NCBI GenBank assembly: GCA_012295275.1
Contig: CM022665.1
Span: 21,266,001 to 21,330,000 of the forward strand
DNA: 64,000 bases
Direction: 5' to 3'
Source: Chrysomallon squamiferum
Taxonomy: Eukaryota > Animalia > Mollusca
In this document: positions 46,830 to 60,617 of the stretch, one piece after another
Layout: each line of letters starts with the position of its first letter
How positions within the stretch are numbered: position 1 is the stretch's first letter
The notes under the pieces: generated by a model
Databases searched by the model: none
The model's input: the letters and a program-made list of their open reading frames with translations, nothing else
What the model was told of the DNA's origin: nothing
Program-made: the position numbers and the translations under genes

Positions 46830-47850
46830 CACATGGTAATGTGAACGTTGTGTCCGACTCGAACCAAAAACTCAGGAATGGACTTAGAACTATTGACACG
46901 GTCCTGGCACAAGGATTTGAGTATCCTCTGGAGGCGAATATGACCTTGTTCTTGCACTTCTTCGGGAGGGTGTCAACTGCATCCTGTTGAAGAACGGTGT
47001 GTACAGTGGATTCTTCAAGCTGGAATCACTGGATAACTTTCCAGACATAAGGATGATGATGGCCAACCATGCTGAAAGACTAATTGATCCACCCTTCACA
47101 AATGTTGAGAGTGGCCTCATGTACATTCCATACAGAAGGTGGAAAGAGTGGTGGTGTGCGGCGAAGTCGGAGGTTTGTGGAGTCATCTTGGGATCCCATC
47201 ATCCGGAAGCTCCCACTCACATAATTCTTGTCAAAGTAGTCGACAAGTTCGTGCATTGTCCTTCATGTAAGCTATACCTTCGGGGACATCAGCAGGTAGA
47301 AATGCAAAACCATCCATTTTGCCGCAGAACATATGAAAGTCCTCATTGTTCCTGTAGTGATTGATGAGTCCAAGCTGCTGGACCTTCCGCCAGGTGCTTT
47401 GCGTAAGGTGGTAGAAACAAGCCTAAGCACGTCCCTGCCAAATACATCTGCTACTGGTCGAAGTACACCATCATCAAAGTCAGTGATCACACTTTGAACG
47501 TCCATCTCTAACCCGTACTCCTCACTCTTGTCCACAACCGCTTGAAACAGTCAATCGTACACAGAACGGGACTTGTTCTGCAGCAGCGCGTAAACACACG
47601 TCATTCCAACGTCACGGAAAGGAACACGAAGCACATAAACCTGGCAGAACTGAGCTGGAGCCTTGGTGAAGTTGACATCGATTAAGATGTGGTCGCAGTG
47701 GCCAGGCACCTGAGTCCGTGTTCTGCACTGAAGGCGATGATCCAGTGTCGTAGAGTAGGAATGGCTCTGGATACGGGCAAACGGTCTTCTGCCACTCATT
47801 TGGTAGTATGAACTGAGAGAGGGATAGATCTGAGGGTAAGATAAAGGGAC
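46830..47850 (-). pseudogene. Frameshifted Mutator-like (MULE) DDE transposase remnant
   Basis: Fragments stitched across frames: EPFLLYDTG / DHILIDVNFTKAPAQFCQVYVLR...CVYALLQNKSRSVY / VITDFDDGVLRPVADVFG / CFYHLTQSTWRKVQQLGL / PPLFPPSVWNVHEATL / VGHN. This is the canonical order of animal MULE transposase motifs; the segment is GC-rich relative to its flanks. Confidence 0.8.
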
Positions 47851-49319
47851 AGATCTGAGGACATAAAGTGAAGGGATTATCCTTTACTTGGGTCAATTAG
47901 AGAATGGCTTCTTAAAGAAAAACGATAAATGAGACATTTAAAGAACCCACTGGATAGGTCAAGGACTCAGTGACAATTAAAACTCAATTGGGTAAGTTAA
48001 CTGGGAAATTGACTTATGTTAGAGAGATGTAGAGATATAGATTGACATAGTAAATATTTAAATGCGTCTCTTAAATAAAATATTCATTCATTCATTAAGT
48101 ACAGCCAATTTGTAACAATAAACTTCAGATCAAGATTGCATTGCGCACTAATAACATATTTTTTTGCCAGATAATCCTTGTTATTTTATTTTAATATATT
48201 ATTATAATTATGTATTTATCTACCTATTTACTGAATCTATTTATTTATTTATTTTATTATTTTTTATTGTTGTTGTTATTGTTATTATATTATTATTATT
48301 ATTAACATCATCATCATCAACATCATTATCATTATTATTATTTGTCTCAATCATTATTAACGAGCATGTATCAGAATTAATATCATCTACTGGCATGTGC
48401 ATTATAATTAATCCTTTATTGTACTGTCTGTTTCAAGTACGTCCAGTAATGGTTTACAGTTCTGGCTACAGCAGATGTGCGAAGATTAATTAATCCATTT
48501 GTAAAATACATTAAAGCAGGTAACCGTTCGGCTAGTAACACCTATAATTACTATACAACTATAGCCTGCAGCGGTGCACTTAAAATGCTTTAATCGGATA
48601 TAAGTCGGTCTCGGAAACACGTCAGGAAACGCCTGTCACTGGCAGGTGGAAATAACAACACAGACGAGAGAAGAATAACTGTGTCGTCCAAACGAGTTTG
48701 AAAACACTTTCCTGACATGTTTTTCGTCAGACTTGATGGTTATGACGCCTTACTAAGCGTCACTTCCGGTATAGTCTGGTTGTGTTCGATTGAGTCTCAA
48801 TAGATCTATGAATGTCTATGAATCATCTAATCATACTGCTATTTAACAAAGTCTGTTTCATTCTCTTTGTATATTAACATCTTGTTCACATAAATCTTTC
48901 TTTTTTTTTTTTATTATTATTACTTTTTGTTGTTATTATTGTTACTTCCTTGCTTCTTTCGTGGCATAATTATTAATTTTATTTTTGTGTAGTGCAATAT
49001 AGCAAAGTTATTATTATTATTTTTATTAGTATTTACATATTTAATATTATTTAGGAGATGGAGAAATGACATGTAATTCTTGAAAATACCTTTTTGAAAA
49101 CTGAAATAAAATTTAATTGAATAATAATAATAATAATATTAATAATAATAATAATAATACAGTCATCAGTGTGTCAGAGAAACTTGTATGCCCATCACAA
49201 TAAACAAATATGTTTTTAAATACTGAACTGTTCATCTGATGTTAGAAACTGTTTTCCTTCCTTATTGATCTAACATTTCTTGCTTAGAATTCATTTAAAT
49301 ACCAAATGAATAGACAGAG

Positions 49320-49350
<31 letters not shown>

Positions 49351-50768
49351 AACAGAAAAAAAAGGTGAAAAGGAAAACGAGATGAATAAAAAGAAAAAAG
49401 AAAAGTTAAAAAAAAAGAAGTAGAAAAAGAAAATGTGATAAATAAATACATTTTTTTAATTAAAAAAAGAAGAAAAAAGAAAAAAAAAGTAGAAAAAGAA
49501 TGCGATAAAATTTAATTTTTTTTTTTTTTTTTTTTAAATTTAAAAATTCAAAGAAAAATTAAATAAGCCTGAAATAATAAAAAAGAAAAAAAAAAAAAAA
49601 AAATTCAAAGAATAATAATATAGCTGTATTGTAAGAGATATTTTTATTGGTCAGTTTAAAATTCTCTAATTTCTGAAACCTGGTATCATTCATTTTACCT
49701 GAGCCATCATTAACTCGTTTGTTGAAAAAGAAACATTTTTATTAAGATTGTACTAAATTACCAGGTTTCAATTCTATTTTCTTGTTGTTGTTGTTTTTGA
49801 AGTTTTTTGCATGATGGTAAATGTAACAAATATTCTTCATTATCATGAGAATTAAAGGAAAAAAACCCACAAAAAACCCCACAACATTATTAGAATAAAT
49901 AAATAAATAAAGTAAAATAAATAAAGTACATAAATATTTGTGCCATATGAAAGCATTGTGTTATTACAAGAATAAACCTGGTGTATTATAGATTATTTTG
50001 TTCAGTTAGATGTATAAACATCTACATATTTCCTCTGTTAAAGTTTCAACAACAACAACAACAAAATGTTCCTTATTTGTTTAAGTGATGAAGATATAAT
50101 ACGTCACAAAATTTTATTTTTACCCAAAACAGTTTATATAAACATCAGTATGGTTACATATAAATCATTTACATAAATATTTCAATGTAAAATTCTACTA
50201 ACAATAATTTTATTTACATAAACATTTTTATGTAGTGACTTTTATTTTAAAGTCTGAACTTAATAAAAGTTTAGACAAACATATCAATGTTACTTTGAAT
50301 ATAAAACTTTTTGGTGACCCTCAAAAATCCATCACAAAATAAAGATCTATGTGTTAATAATTTGTCTGACAAAAAAGTCAAAGAATATTTTTACTGAAAA
50401 AAACAATTTTTCTCAGCTTTTACAACCATTAAAATGGCTACAACATAATTCAAAGTTTTACATAAACACTGCATAGTTTTGGAAGAAGATAATTTAAAAA
50501 TGACATATATATAAAATGAAAGGTTCAAAAACTACTTTACAGAAACATATTTTCAATTCTTAGAATTAAAAAAACTGACAAACAACAATTATGTCACAAT
50601 AAACTATGTTCCAAAATGAACATACAGAAGGTTTCATACAACCAATTATTTGTCACACATTATCACATGTGAAAATCACTGTAAATAATGACACCAAAAT
50701 ATTATTTTTCATTTTTAAAATGTTTCTCAGTTTCTTAATTTCAAAAAAAAAAAAAAAAAATTCTTTCA

Positions 50769-53700
50769 TTAGTTGTCTTGTACAATAGCCATATCAAGAA
50801 GTTTTCTTCTTTTAATTTTCTTTGATGGACGTTTCAGATCAATTTTCCTTTTCTTTGCTTCTTTCTTTGAAAGATTCTTCTTTAATCGTTTCCTGGCTGC
50901 AATTTCTGGATTTGACACAGCCTGAATAAAACAAAGACAAATTCAGTACAACAAATCAGAATAAACAGAATAATAAAGTGAAGTTTTGACTCTGCTTGGA
51001 TCCTGTTGCTGAACATAGGCTTATATTTTACTATCCTCATGCTGTTTTAGATCAGTTCTAAAATTACTAGATTATATAACAGATTTGTATATATTAAAAT
51101 ATTTTGTTTCATCTTACAAACTGTTATAATAATAACAAAACCAATATAACCGCATTGTTATTAACATTGTGATGAAGATGATGATTTATTTATTTATTTT
51201 TATTGTGTTCTTTTTATTTATTTATTTATTTATTAATTATTATTATTATTATGATTGGACTTGTTCTTGATGATGGTGGTGGTGGTATTATTATTGTTGT
51301 TTGTATTATGATATTATTTTTATTTATTTGTTTATATTTTTTTGTGTTGTTGCCCTTGATATTACTGTTATTCTTCTTGTTCCAAATAACTGTGTTAAAA
51401 ATATAGATTTTAACCTTTTCACATCAGAGATATCAATCAATCAATTTATATACATTATTAAAACTAATATTCATTTCAACATTTATAACTTTTTTCCTTA
51501 CAATTATAAGATATATTAAAACAGTGAATTTCAAAATATTCAGAAAATTACAAAACAAGTGATGTAGTTACCTCTATAGCTCGGGTTCTCTTTCTGGTTT
51601 CTTTTCTAACGGATCTGACTTGCTGCACCCTGACAAAAACCTGAGTAAACTGCTCAACCCCAACCTGTTTCTTCAACAAGTCTGTGACCTCCTGAGCTAA
51701 AGTTTTTAAACTGTTCTCTGCAAAAAAAAATAATTTAAAATAAAAAATAAATAAATAAAAAAGTAACAAAAAAAAAATAATAATAATAATAATAAATAAA
51801 TAAATAAATAAATAAATATATAAAACAAAACAGAATAAAGAAAATGAATGTGGTATAAATTTGACAAAAGTAAAAAGGAAAGTTAAAAATATAAATAAAA
51901 AAAACAACAAATAAATAAAAATAAATAACAAATAAAAAAATAAACAATGACAATGACAGAGATAGCAATAACAACAACAAAAATAAATATATATATAAAA
52001 AAAATTAACAAATAAAAAAATTAAAAAATTAAAGTATGGATATAAAAACAGTAAATAACAACAAGTAGTCAAATAATCCTGTATTTTAAAACACTCAAAA
52101 ACGTTTCCCAGACACATCACATTCAAGCAACTTCCACCCACCTCAGCTGCTATTTCTAAATTAACTGTCATACCACACTCATACCTACTGTGTACAACCC
52201 CCTCATCAGTCTTTCTGCGACTGCTCTCAACAAAACCTAATTAGCTGTGTAACTGTCAAGTAATGACATGTATAATAACACACTTGCTTGGTGTGAAGGA
52301 GTCAGTCAATAACAACATGCTGATATTAATCTCTTCAGATGTCTCGCAAATCAATGACGTTTACCAAGTATGGATTCACTCAACCTGTCAACCATCAGTA
52401 AACATGTTTACAGTTTACTGACAATGTTTACATAAGCTTGTTATCTTAAACTAGATTTTTACATTCAGCTTACTGACTTATAGTAGATGTTTACATCCAG
52501 CTTACTGACTAGATACCATTCAGTTTACTGATTTGTACTAAATGTTTTCATCCAGTTTACTGACTTGTACTAGATATTTACATCCATCTTACTGACTTGT
52601 ACTAGATATTTACATCCATCTTACTGACTTGTACTAGATGTTTTCATCCAGTTTACTGACTTGTACTAGATATTTACATCCATCTTACTGACTTGTACTA
52701 GATGTTTTCATCCAGTTTACTGACTTGTACTAGATATTTACATCCATCTTACTGACTTGTACTCGATGTTTTCATCCAGTTTACTGACTTGTACTAGATG
52801 TTTACATCCATCTTACTGACTTGTACTAGATGTTTTCATCAAGTTTACTGATTTGTACTAGATGTTTACATCCATCTTACTGACTTGTACTAGATGTTTT
52901 CATCCATCTTATGTACTTGTACTAGATGTTTATTTCCAGTTTACTGACTTGTACTAGATGTTTACATCCATCTTACTGACTTGTACTAGATGTTTTTATC
53001 CAGTTTACTGACTTGTACTAGATATTTACATCCATCTTACTGACTTCTACTAGATGTTTTCATCCATCTTACTGACTTGTACTAGATATTTACATCCATC
53101 TTACTGACTTGTACTAGATGTTTTCATCCATCTTACTGACTTCTACTAGATGTTTTCATCAATCTTACTGACTTCTACTAGATGTTTTCATCAATCTTAC
53201 TGACTTGTACTAGATGTTTACATCCATCTTACTGACTTGTACTAGATATTTACATCCATCTTACTGACTTGTACTAGATATTTACATCCATCTTACTGAC
53301 TTGTACTAGATGTTTACATCCATCTTACTGACTTCTACTAGATATTTACATCCATCTTACTGACTTCTACTAGATATTTACATCCATCTTACTGACTTGT
53401 ACTAGATATTTACATCCATCTTACTGACTTGTAGATGACTTGTACTAGATGTTTACATCCATCTTACTGACTTGTACTAGATGTTTACATCCATCTTCTG
53501 ACTTCTACTAGATATTTACATCCATCTTACTGACTTCTACTAGATATTTACATCCATCTTACTGACTTCTACTAGATATTTACATCCATCTTACTGACTT
53601 GTACTAGATATTTTGACTTGTACTAGATGTTTACATCCATCTTACTGACTTCTACTAGATGTTTACATGCCTCTTACTGACTTCTACTAGATGTTTACAT

Positions 53701-55098
53701 GCCTCTTACTGACTTCTACTAGATGTTTACATCCATCTTACTGACTTCTACTAGATGTTTACATGCCTCTTACTGACTTGTACTAGATATTTACATCCAT
53801 CTTACTGACTTGTACTAGATGTTTTCATCCAGTTTACTGATTTGTACTAGATGTTTACATCCATCTTACTGACTTGTACTAGATATTTACATCCATCTTA
53901 CTGACTTGTACTAGATGTTTACATCCAGTTTACTGACTTGTACTAGATATTTACATCCATCTTACTAGATGTTTACACATCTTGTACTAGATGTTTTCAT
54001 CCAGTTTACTGATTTGTACTAGATGTTTACATCCATCTTACTGACTTGTACTAGATGTTTTCATTCAGCTTAATGGCTTATAATAGCTGTTTACATAAGC
54101 TTATTATCTTATTGAGTTATATAATATGTTTACACCCAGCTTACTGACTTGTACTAGATGTTCACATACCAGTAAATGTTTGTTGAAAAAACCAGTTAAG
54201 AGAGTATTGGTTAGAATGGAAAAACAAGTCAGTAAATGTGAAAAAACCTTCAGTGAGTCAGGTAATGTTACCTTCAGTGAGTCTGGTGATTTCTCTCTGT
54301 AGAGGAGGTAGGATGACATGGAGAATGTCCACCAAACACTGACTGTCCAGTTGTAAACTGTATGCAGCCAGCCACTTGAAAACACTAGTTCTCTAAACAA
54401 ATAAATAAAAACACACTGTATAACTATTACAATACAAACTGGCTCTCTATAAACAATTAAATAAAAACACTGCATTACTATTAAAATACAAAATTTGTTC
54501 CTTGTAAACAAAAACAAAAAATAAAATAAAAACAATCTGTTACTATTAAAATACGAAACTGGTTCTCTGTAAACCATAAAAAAAGAGGTGCACTGTATTA
54601 GATGTTTACCGATTACAATACAAAACTGGTTCTCTGTAAACAAAAAGAAATAATAAGTAAAATGCTCTCTATTAGATGTTTACTAACTACAATTGAACAC
54701 TGGCTCTGTATAAACCAAACTGCTACAAGATAACAAGTTTATAAACTTTTGAAATATAACACACTTTCTATAAAGAAAATATATTAGGTTTCCTGTGAAA
54801 TTTCACTTTGTAATGAATTTGAAAATATTCTGAAATTATACTCTGTAATTTTAATACAGGCATGTTTCAAATATATCAAGTTTACTGTTAACATAAATAA
54901 ATAATAAATATATGGTAATTTCTCTAGCCTTTCTGAAATCAACAATCATTAAGCATTATAAATACAGTTAGTATTCATCAGTAGCTGAGGAGAGAATCAA
55001 TCTATCAACCAGCAAATAAATGAATGAACTAATTAACCAGTATTTATTTATATCTCAAAACCTTTTATTTTTATATTATATTAAATATAAATAACTGT

Positions 55099-55140
<42 letters not shown>

Positions 55141-57266
55141 TCATCTTCTAACTACAAGTCACCAGAAATCTTCATTTCAGATCTAAGTAACAGTTTGACT
55201 TCTTGTTGACACACAAACCATACAACAGTATGTCCCTCTGTCTGTCTGTAATCTGTGTAGACTCTTTCATTACTTACAAATACTGCCAAGACATTGACTC
55301 ACCTTAATTTTTTTCTTTGGAGAAATGACAGCTTCATGGTTGGCTTCACGCACCATCTTCCTCACCAGCCATTTCACTGACAGCTGCTGTTTTGCTGATG
55401 TTTCTGCATCATCAGTCGGTTTCTCATTCAAGTCAATGTCCTTGTTGTCACACAGTAACTTGACTATACTACCCAAGAACAGCATGTTCTTAACAATCTG
55501 TGACAAATAATAATAATTATAATATAATCCAATAATAATCCAACAACAACAACAATAATAATCCAATAATAATAATACATTTTTAAAATTTAATAAGAGA
55601 TACATTAATAAACTATAAATTATGATAAATAGGTAACCATGAATACATCATGATAAACAGACCTGATCTGCTAGATCTTGATCCAACAAAGGAGACTGGA
55701 GCTGAGAGACAAAGGCATAAATCAACTGTTTAATCTGAAATAAATAAATGTAGAAAAATAAAATAAATGCAGAAAATATAAATAAATTAATAAATTAATA
55801 AAAAAAATAATAATAATAATAATTGTAAAAATAAAATAAAATAAAATAAAATAAAATAAAAATAAAAATAAACAAATAAACAAATAAATAGATAAATAAT
55901 AAATAAACACAAGTGAATAATCAAATAATGAAGTAAGTTATATACAAAAACACATCAAAACAGATACATTTCTATACATTATTTTTTTAATATTAAGGAA
56001 TTTTCTAATCAAAATATAAACATGTTAATGACCTTTTCAATGAGATTAATCTGTAAATACTGCTGCACTTTATCTGTAGACTGGTTTTCTGTTAATGTTG
56101 CACACAAATCTTCTGGTTTCCAGGATGCAAACAACAAACCAAACAACTGAGCTGAAACCAGTCTAACCCAGACATGAGCATACAAGAGATGAGAATGAAC
56201 ATGTTCTGAAATTAATAATTAAAATATATATATTTATATTTTAAAAAAAATAATATAAATTAAAAAAATGAAGAAATAATATTAAATACATAAAAATAAA
56301 AAAAATATTTTCATTTTAATCATAGCAGTGAGAGTGATCAGGATGCAATAACACAATTTTAAAACACATTTTCATTAAATAATGAAAAACATAGTAGAAA
56401 AAAAGAAGCTGATTACATGATGAGGATTTTTTTTAAGCTTTGTGATTTTCCAAATTTTGGATAAGGAACCTTCATACTGTATTATGAGAATAAACAAACC
56501 CCAGATTAAATTGAGTTCTTCTGTCCACTTTGGTTTTGTCAGGATGTCACACTGCTGTAGTATTTTAGCCAGAGTGTTCAGAATGTTGTACAGATAGTGA
56601 TCAAGTACCTGTTCCGTTTCAGTTTTCTTTGACTAAACAAAATAAACATTTCAACAATTATTTTCATGATCTGTATCAGAATGAAATATCAACATTTACC
56701 ATTACCATAATAAAAAAATATGTAATAAAATGAAATTTCTAAAATAATAAAACATGTAGAAAAAAATTATCGTAATAAAAATTAATAATAATATAATTAA
56801 ATGTTTAATTTATGTTGCAAAAATCTTATTATTATATTATTTTAAAATTAAAATTTTTAGTTTTTTGAAAAACAAAATCTCTCCAAGTCTTGACATAATC
56901 TATTGTTATATACATTCTCTAACATTATTTTTTTTAATTTCTCATAAACTATTTTTAATATTGTGTCAACTATATACCTGTAAATCGTCAAATGTACTTG
57001 GATTAATCTATCTTTTTTTTTTCAAATTTCTCACAAACTGTTTTTGGTATGAGTAATTACACACCTGTAAATCTTCAAATCTACTTGGGTTAATCTGTTG
57101 TTGCATTAGTGGTAGGATGTTGTCAAGGCGATGATTAAACCCGACAGCTTCAACTTCAACAAACAAGCCACACAACTGTATAGCTAATGTTCTGTGTTGT
57201 ATCTGAAAATATCATGTTTATAGAAATACAAGTAATCCTAGTTAAATCTTTCAAAGTTGTTCTTTT

Positions 57267-57304
<38 letters not shown>

Positions 57305-60300
57305 TTCAATAAACAAAATATGTAACCCAATAATAAATTTTGTTATACTTCCCTAAAATCAACAATTATCATAATTTATTTTGTTTGAAATTAAAACAAA
57401 TTAAAACAACAGAAATAGATAAAGAACATTATGCTGCCTCTGTAAACATATAATGAAAATCTTCTTTAAAATAGATTGGAAACTGGTATTTTAACAAATT
57501 CTTTAGTAAAACTCAACTAAATAAATAAAAAAATAAATAAATAAATAAAATTAAATTAAACAAAATTAATAATAAATAAATAAAAGAAAAATAACAAACA
57601 AACAATAAAAATAATAAAATAACAAATAAATAAATAAACAAATAAATAAATAAATAAATAAAAAACAAAATAAACAAGTAAATAAATAAATAAATGAAAA
57701 ATAATAACTAAGTAAATAAAATAAAAATAAAAACTAAGTAGCTATCAGATAAATAAATAAAAGAAAAATAATAACTAAGTAAATAAAACCTAACTAATTA
57801 ACAAATAAATAAATAAACAAACTTCTTACTTTATTATCTTTAAACCACTCAAGTGTAATATTAAACAGATTATCTCTGGTACGAACATCTATCTGTCAAA
57901 CAAAATTATAAAACATTTTAACACAGAAAAACGTGACTTTATAATAACTATACTATACTTTTTTATGTAATAACTTTATAAAAGACCTGTAATGAAGTTT
58001 CCTTTTTATAACAGATACAAATGTACATCAAAGTTGGTTCTTAAAGTGTTTTTATAAAAAAATAATTCAGTCATCAAATTTTAGAAATTTACTGTGAACC
58101 AAAAAAAAAACAACCAAAAATAGTATGTTATTAATAAGATTATTAAAAATTAATAACAGGAATATGATAATTTCCAAGCATTAAATTAAATTTTATTCTG
58201 TACTTCATATAATTGCAAAGATAATAAGTGAATTTATAAGATGATTAACAGTGGTTATCTACCTTTTCAAGTAATAACTTAAGAATAGCATTAATAATAA
58301 CAATTTAATTTTCTAACACTAAATTTATCTATACTTCGTATAATTTTAAAAGTAAAATAATATATTCTGACATGAAAATTTACTAGGTAAATAACAACAG
58401 TTATCTACCTTTTCAAGAAGTAATTTTAAAATAGAAATAATAATTAAAAAATGTAAAACTAATACCATCATAATCTTTGAACACTAAATTTATTCTATAC
58501 TTCAAATAATAGTAAAAGTGAAATAAAATATTCTGACATGAAAATTTACTAGGTAAATTACAGATTTATCTACCTTTTCAAGAAGTAACTTTATGGCAAG
58601 AGCTGTGAGTTTGCGACATCTTACAGAATTATCATTCATCAACGCCACTGCCATGGGAACAAAGAACATACCAGCATGTTGTATTAAAACATTCTGAAAA
58701 AAAAAAAAAAAAAAAAAAATTATTTCCATTTCTACATCAACTAGAAAAACAAATTTTGATCCATATTTTGCTCATTTATAACTATTCCTTAATAGAGTTC
58801 TTTAAATATTGAAATAATAACTTTACTGAAAATTTCCATCACTATAAAAACATATTTGTTTTATATTATTTAGAATTATTTCTCTGTTTCTGCAGTAAGG
58901 AGAATTTTTTTTTTTCAATAATGTCTATTTGTCAAGTAATATATGTTGTATAAAGATTAATAGTGGTTTAGAAACTATTACTGTTTAGAAATTATTACCA
59001 GTGGACAGACAAGAGCAGGTGAATCAAAGCATCTTGGGTAATGAAAGCCCAAGCAGATGATACATTTTATGATGCTCAATTTCAAATAAAATTTATTTTA
59101 TTTTCTTTTGATGTCTAGAGAGAATATTTCATCAAGAATTTATATACCAGTAATAAAATAAATTTACAGTTATGTTTCTTTAATACTGCCTTCATAATTT
59201 TTTTATTATTTTTTATATCAAGGTAAAGAGATATAAAGTTACTTAAAAAGGAGATAATCATCTGTTCCATTTTAAACAATGAAGTTAACTGTTCCTTAAA
59301 AATAATCTTTATAGTATGGAAATAAACATCTTTAAAAATATCAGAAGAAAGTTTCAAATATACATATTAAAAACACTTTAAGCAGTGACCAGAAATTGTT
59401 TATATGGGAAAATATTGCTTGTAAAATAATTTTATATTTGTTATATTCAAGATCCAAAACAATTATGGCTACAGTTGCATGCAGACATGTTATTATTTGT
59501 TTAAAAAAATTTAGTTCTGAAGTTAAAAAGATTATTTATGCCTATAACTTCATGCAAAAATACTGTTACACATTAAAAAATAGTTTTACTTATGAAGTGA
59601 AAGAAAAGCACATACGACAGGGAAAGAAGAAAACATGGTGGCCATCATCTCGAGCGTGGATTCCCGTCCTGACTCCATACTGTACGACAGTTGAGCTACA
59701 AAGTACTGGAGATGTTTGACTAACATCTTTCCAAGTGGGTAGTCTAGTAAATACTGCTGGATCACCTGTAATCAATAACAAGCTATGGTAAAGGTAAACA
59801 CGACATATACATTAGTTCAAATTTAATTTCTTTCTATACCTTTTTTCCCAGAATGTTCAAAACTCAAGATGTATCTCAATTAATAGGTTATGTTAAAAGC
59901 AAACACAACATAAAAAGATTAGATAAATTTAATTTATTTCTATACTGTTTTTTTCTGCACTTCTTTACAGAATATATATAAAAGTCAAGATCTATATCAG
60001 TTAATAACAATCCATGTTAAAAGTAAATATGACAGATTGGTTAAATTTAATTACTTACTGCTTTAATAACAGTGATTTTTTTCTTCTATTTTTTCATTAT
60101 CCTTATGTACAAAATTTAAGACATATCTCAAGTGCACAAGCCAGAATGACACTGTTTAAATGAACTTTCACATTTACGAATACCAAAAATATAACTGGCT
60201 TATGTCATTTGTGTGATGTTTACTATATATAAAAATGTAACCAACATACAAATGTTATATTTATATATAAAACTGTAACCAACCTGTCGACACTGTAACC

Positions 60301-60581
60301 GCATGTGAGCATTGTCAGCTGTTATAGCTTCCTTCTCCACTTTGTCCATCAAACTGTGAAGTTCTGGCACATCCAGTTTCCTTGACAATATGGCCTACAA
60401 TAAACAACATGTATTTTAAATAAACTATAACATATTCACACATACAAACACACTATTTTCTTTCATGTCATGAATTTTAAAGTACTGAAATAAATTACAA
60501 ATATATAATGGTATAGTGGTAAACACACACAACACACACACATATAAAAACTTAATAGCTTTGTATCACTCTCTCTCTTTT

Positions 60582-60617
<36 letters not shown>

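Noticed and set aside
59000-59085. Short CTTGGG/CCCAAG hairpin in a UTP20 intron as a snoRNA
   Set aside because: No C/D or H/ACA boxes in suitable positions; the stem is too short to be meaningful.
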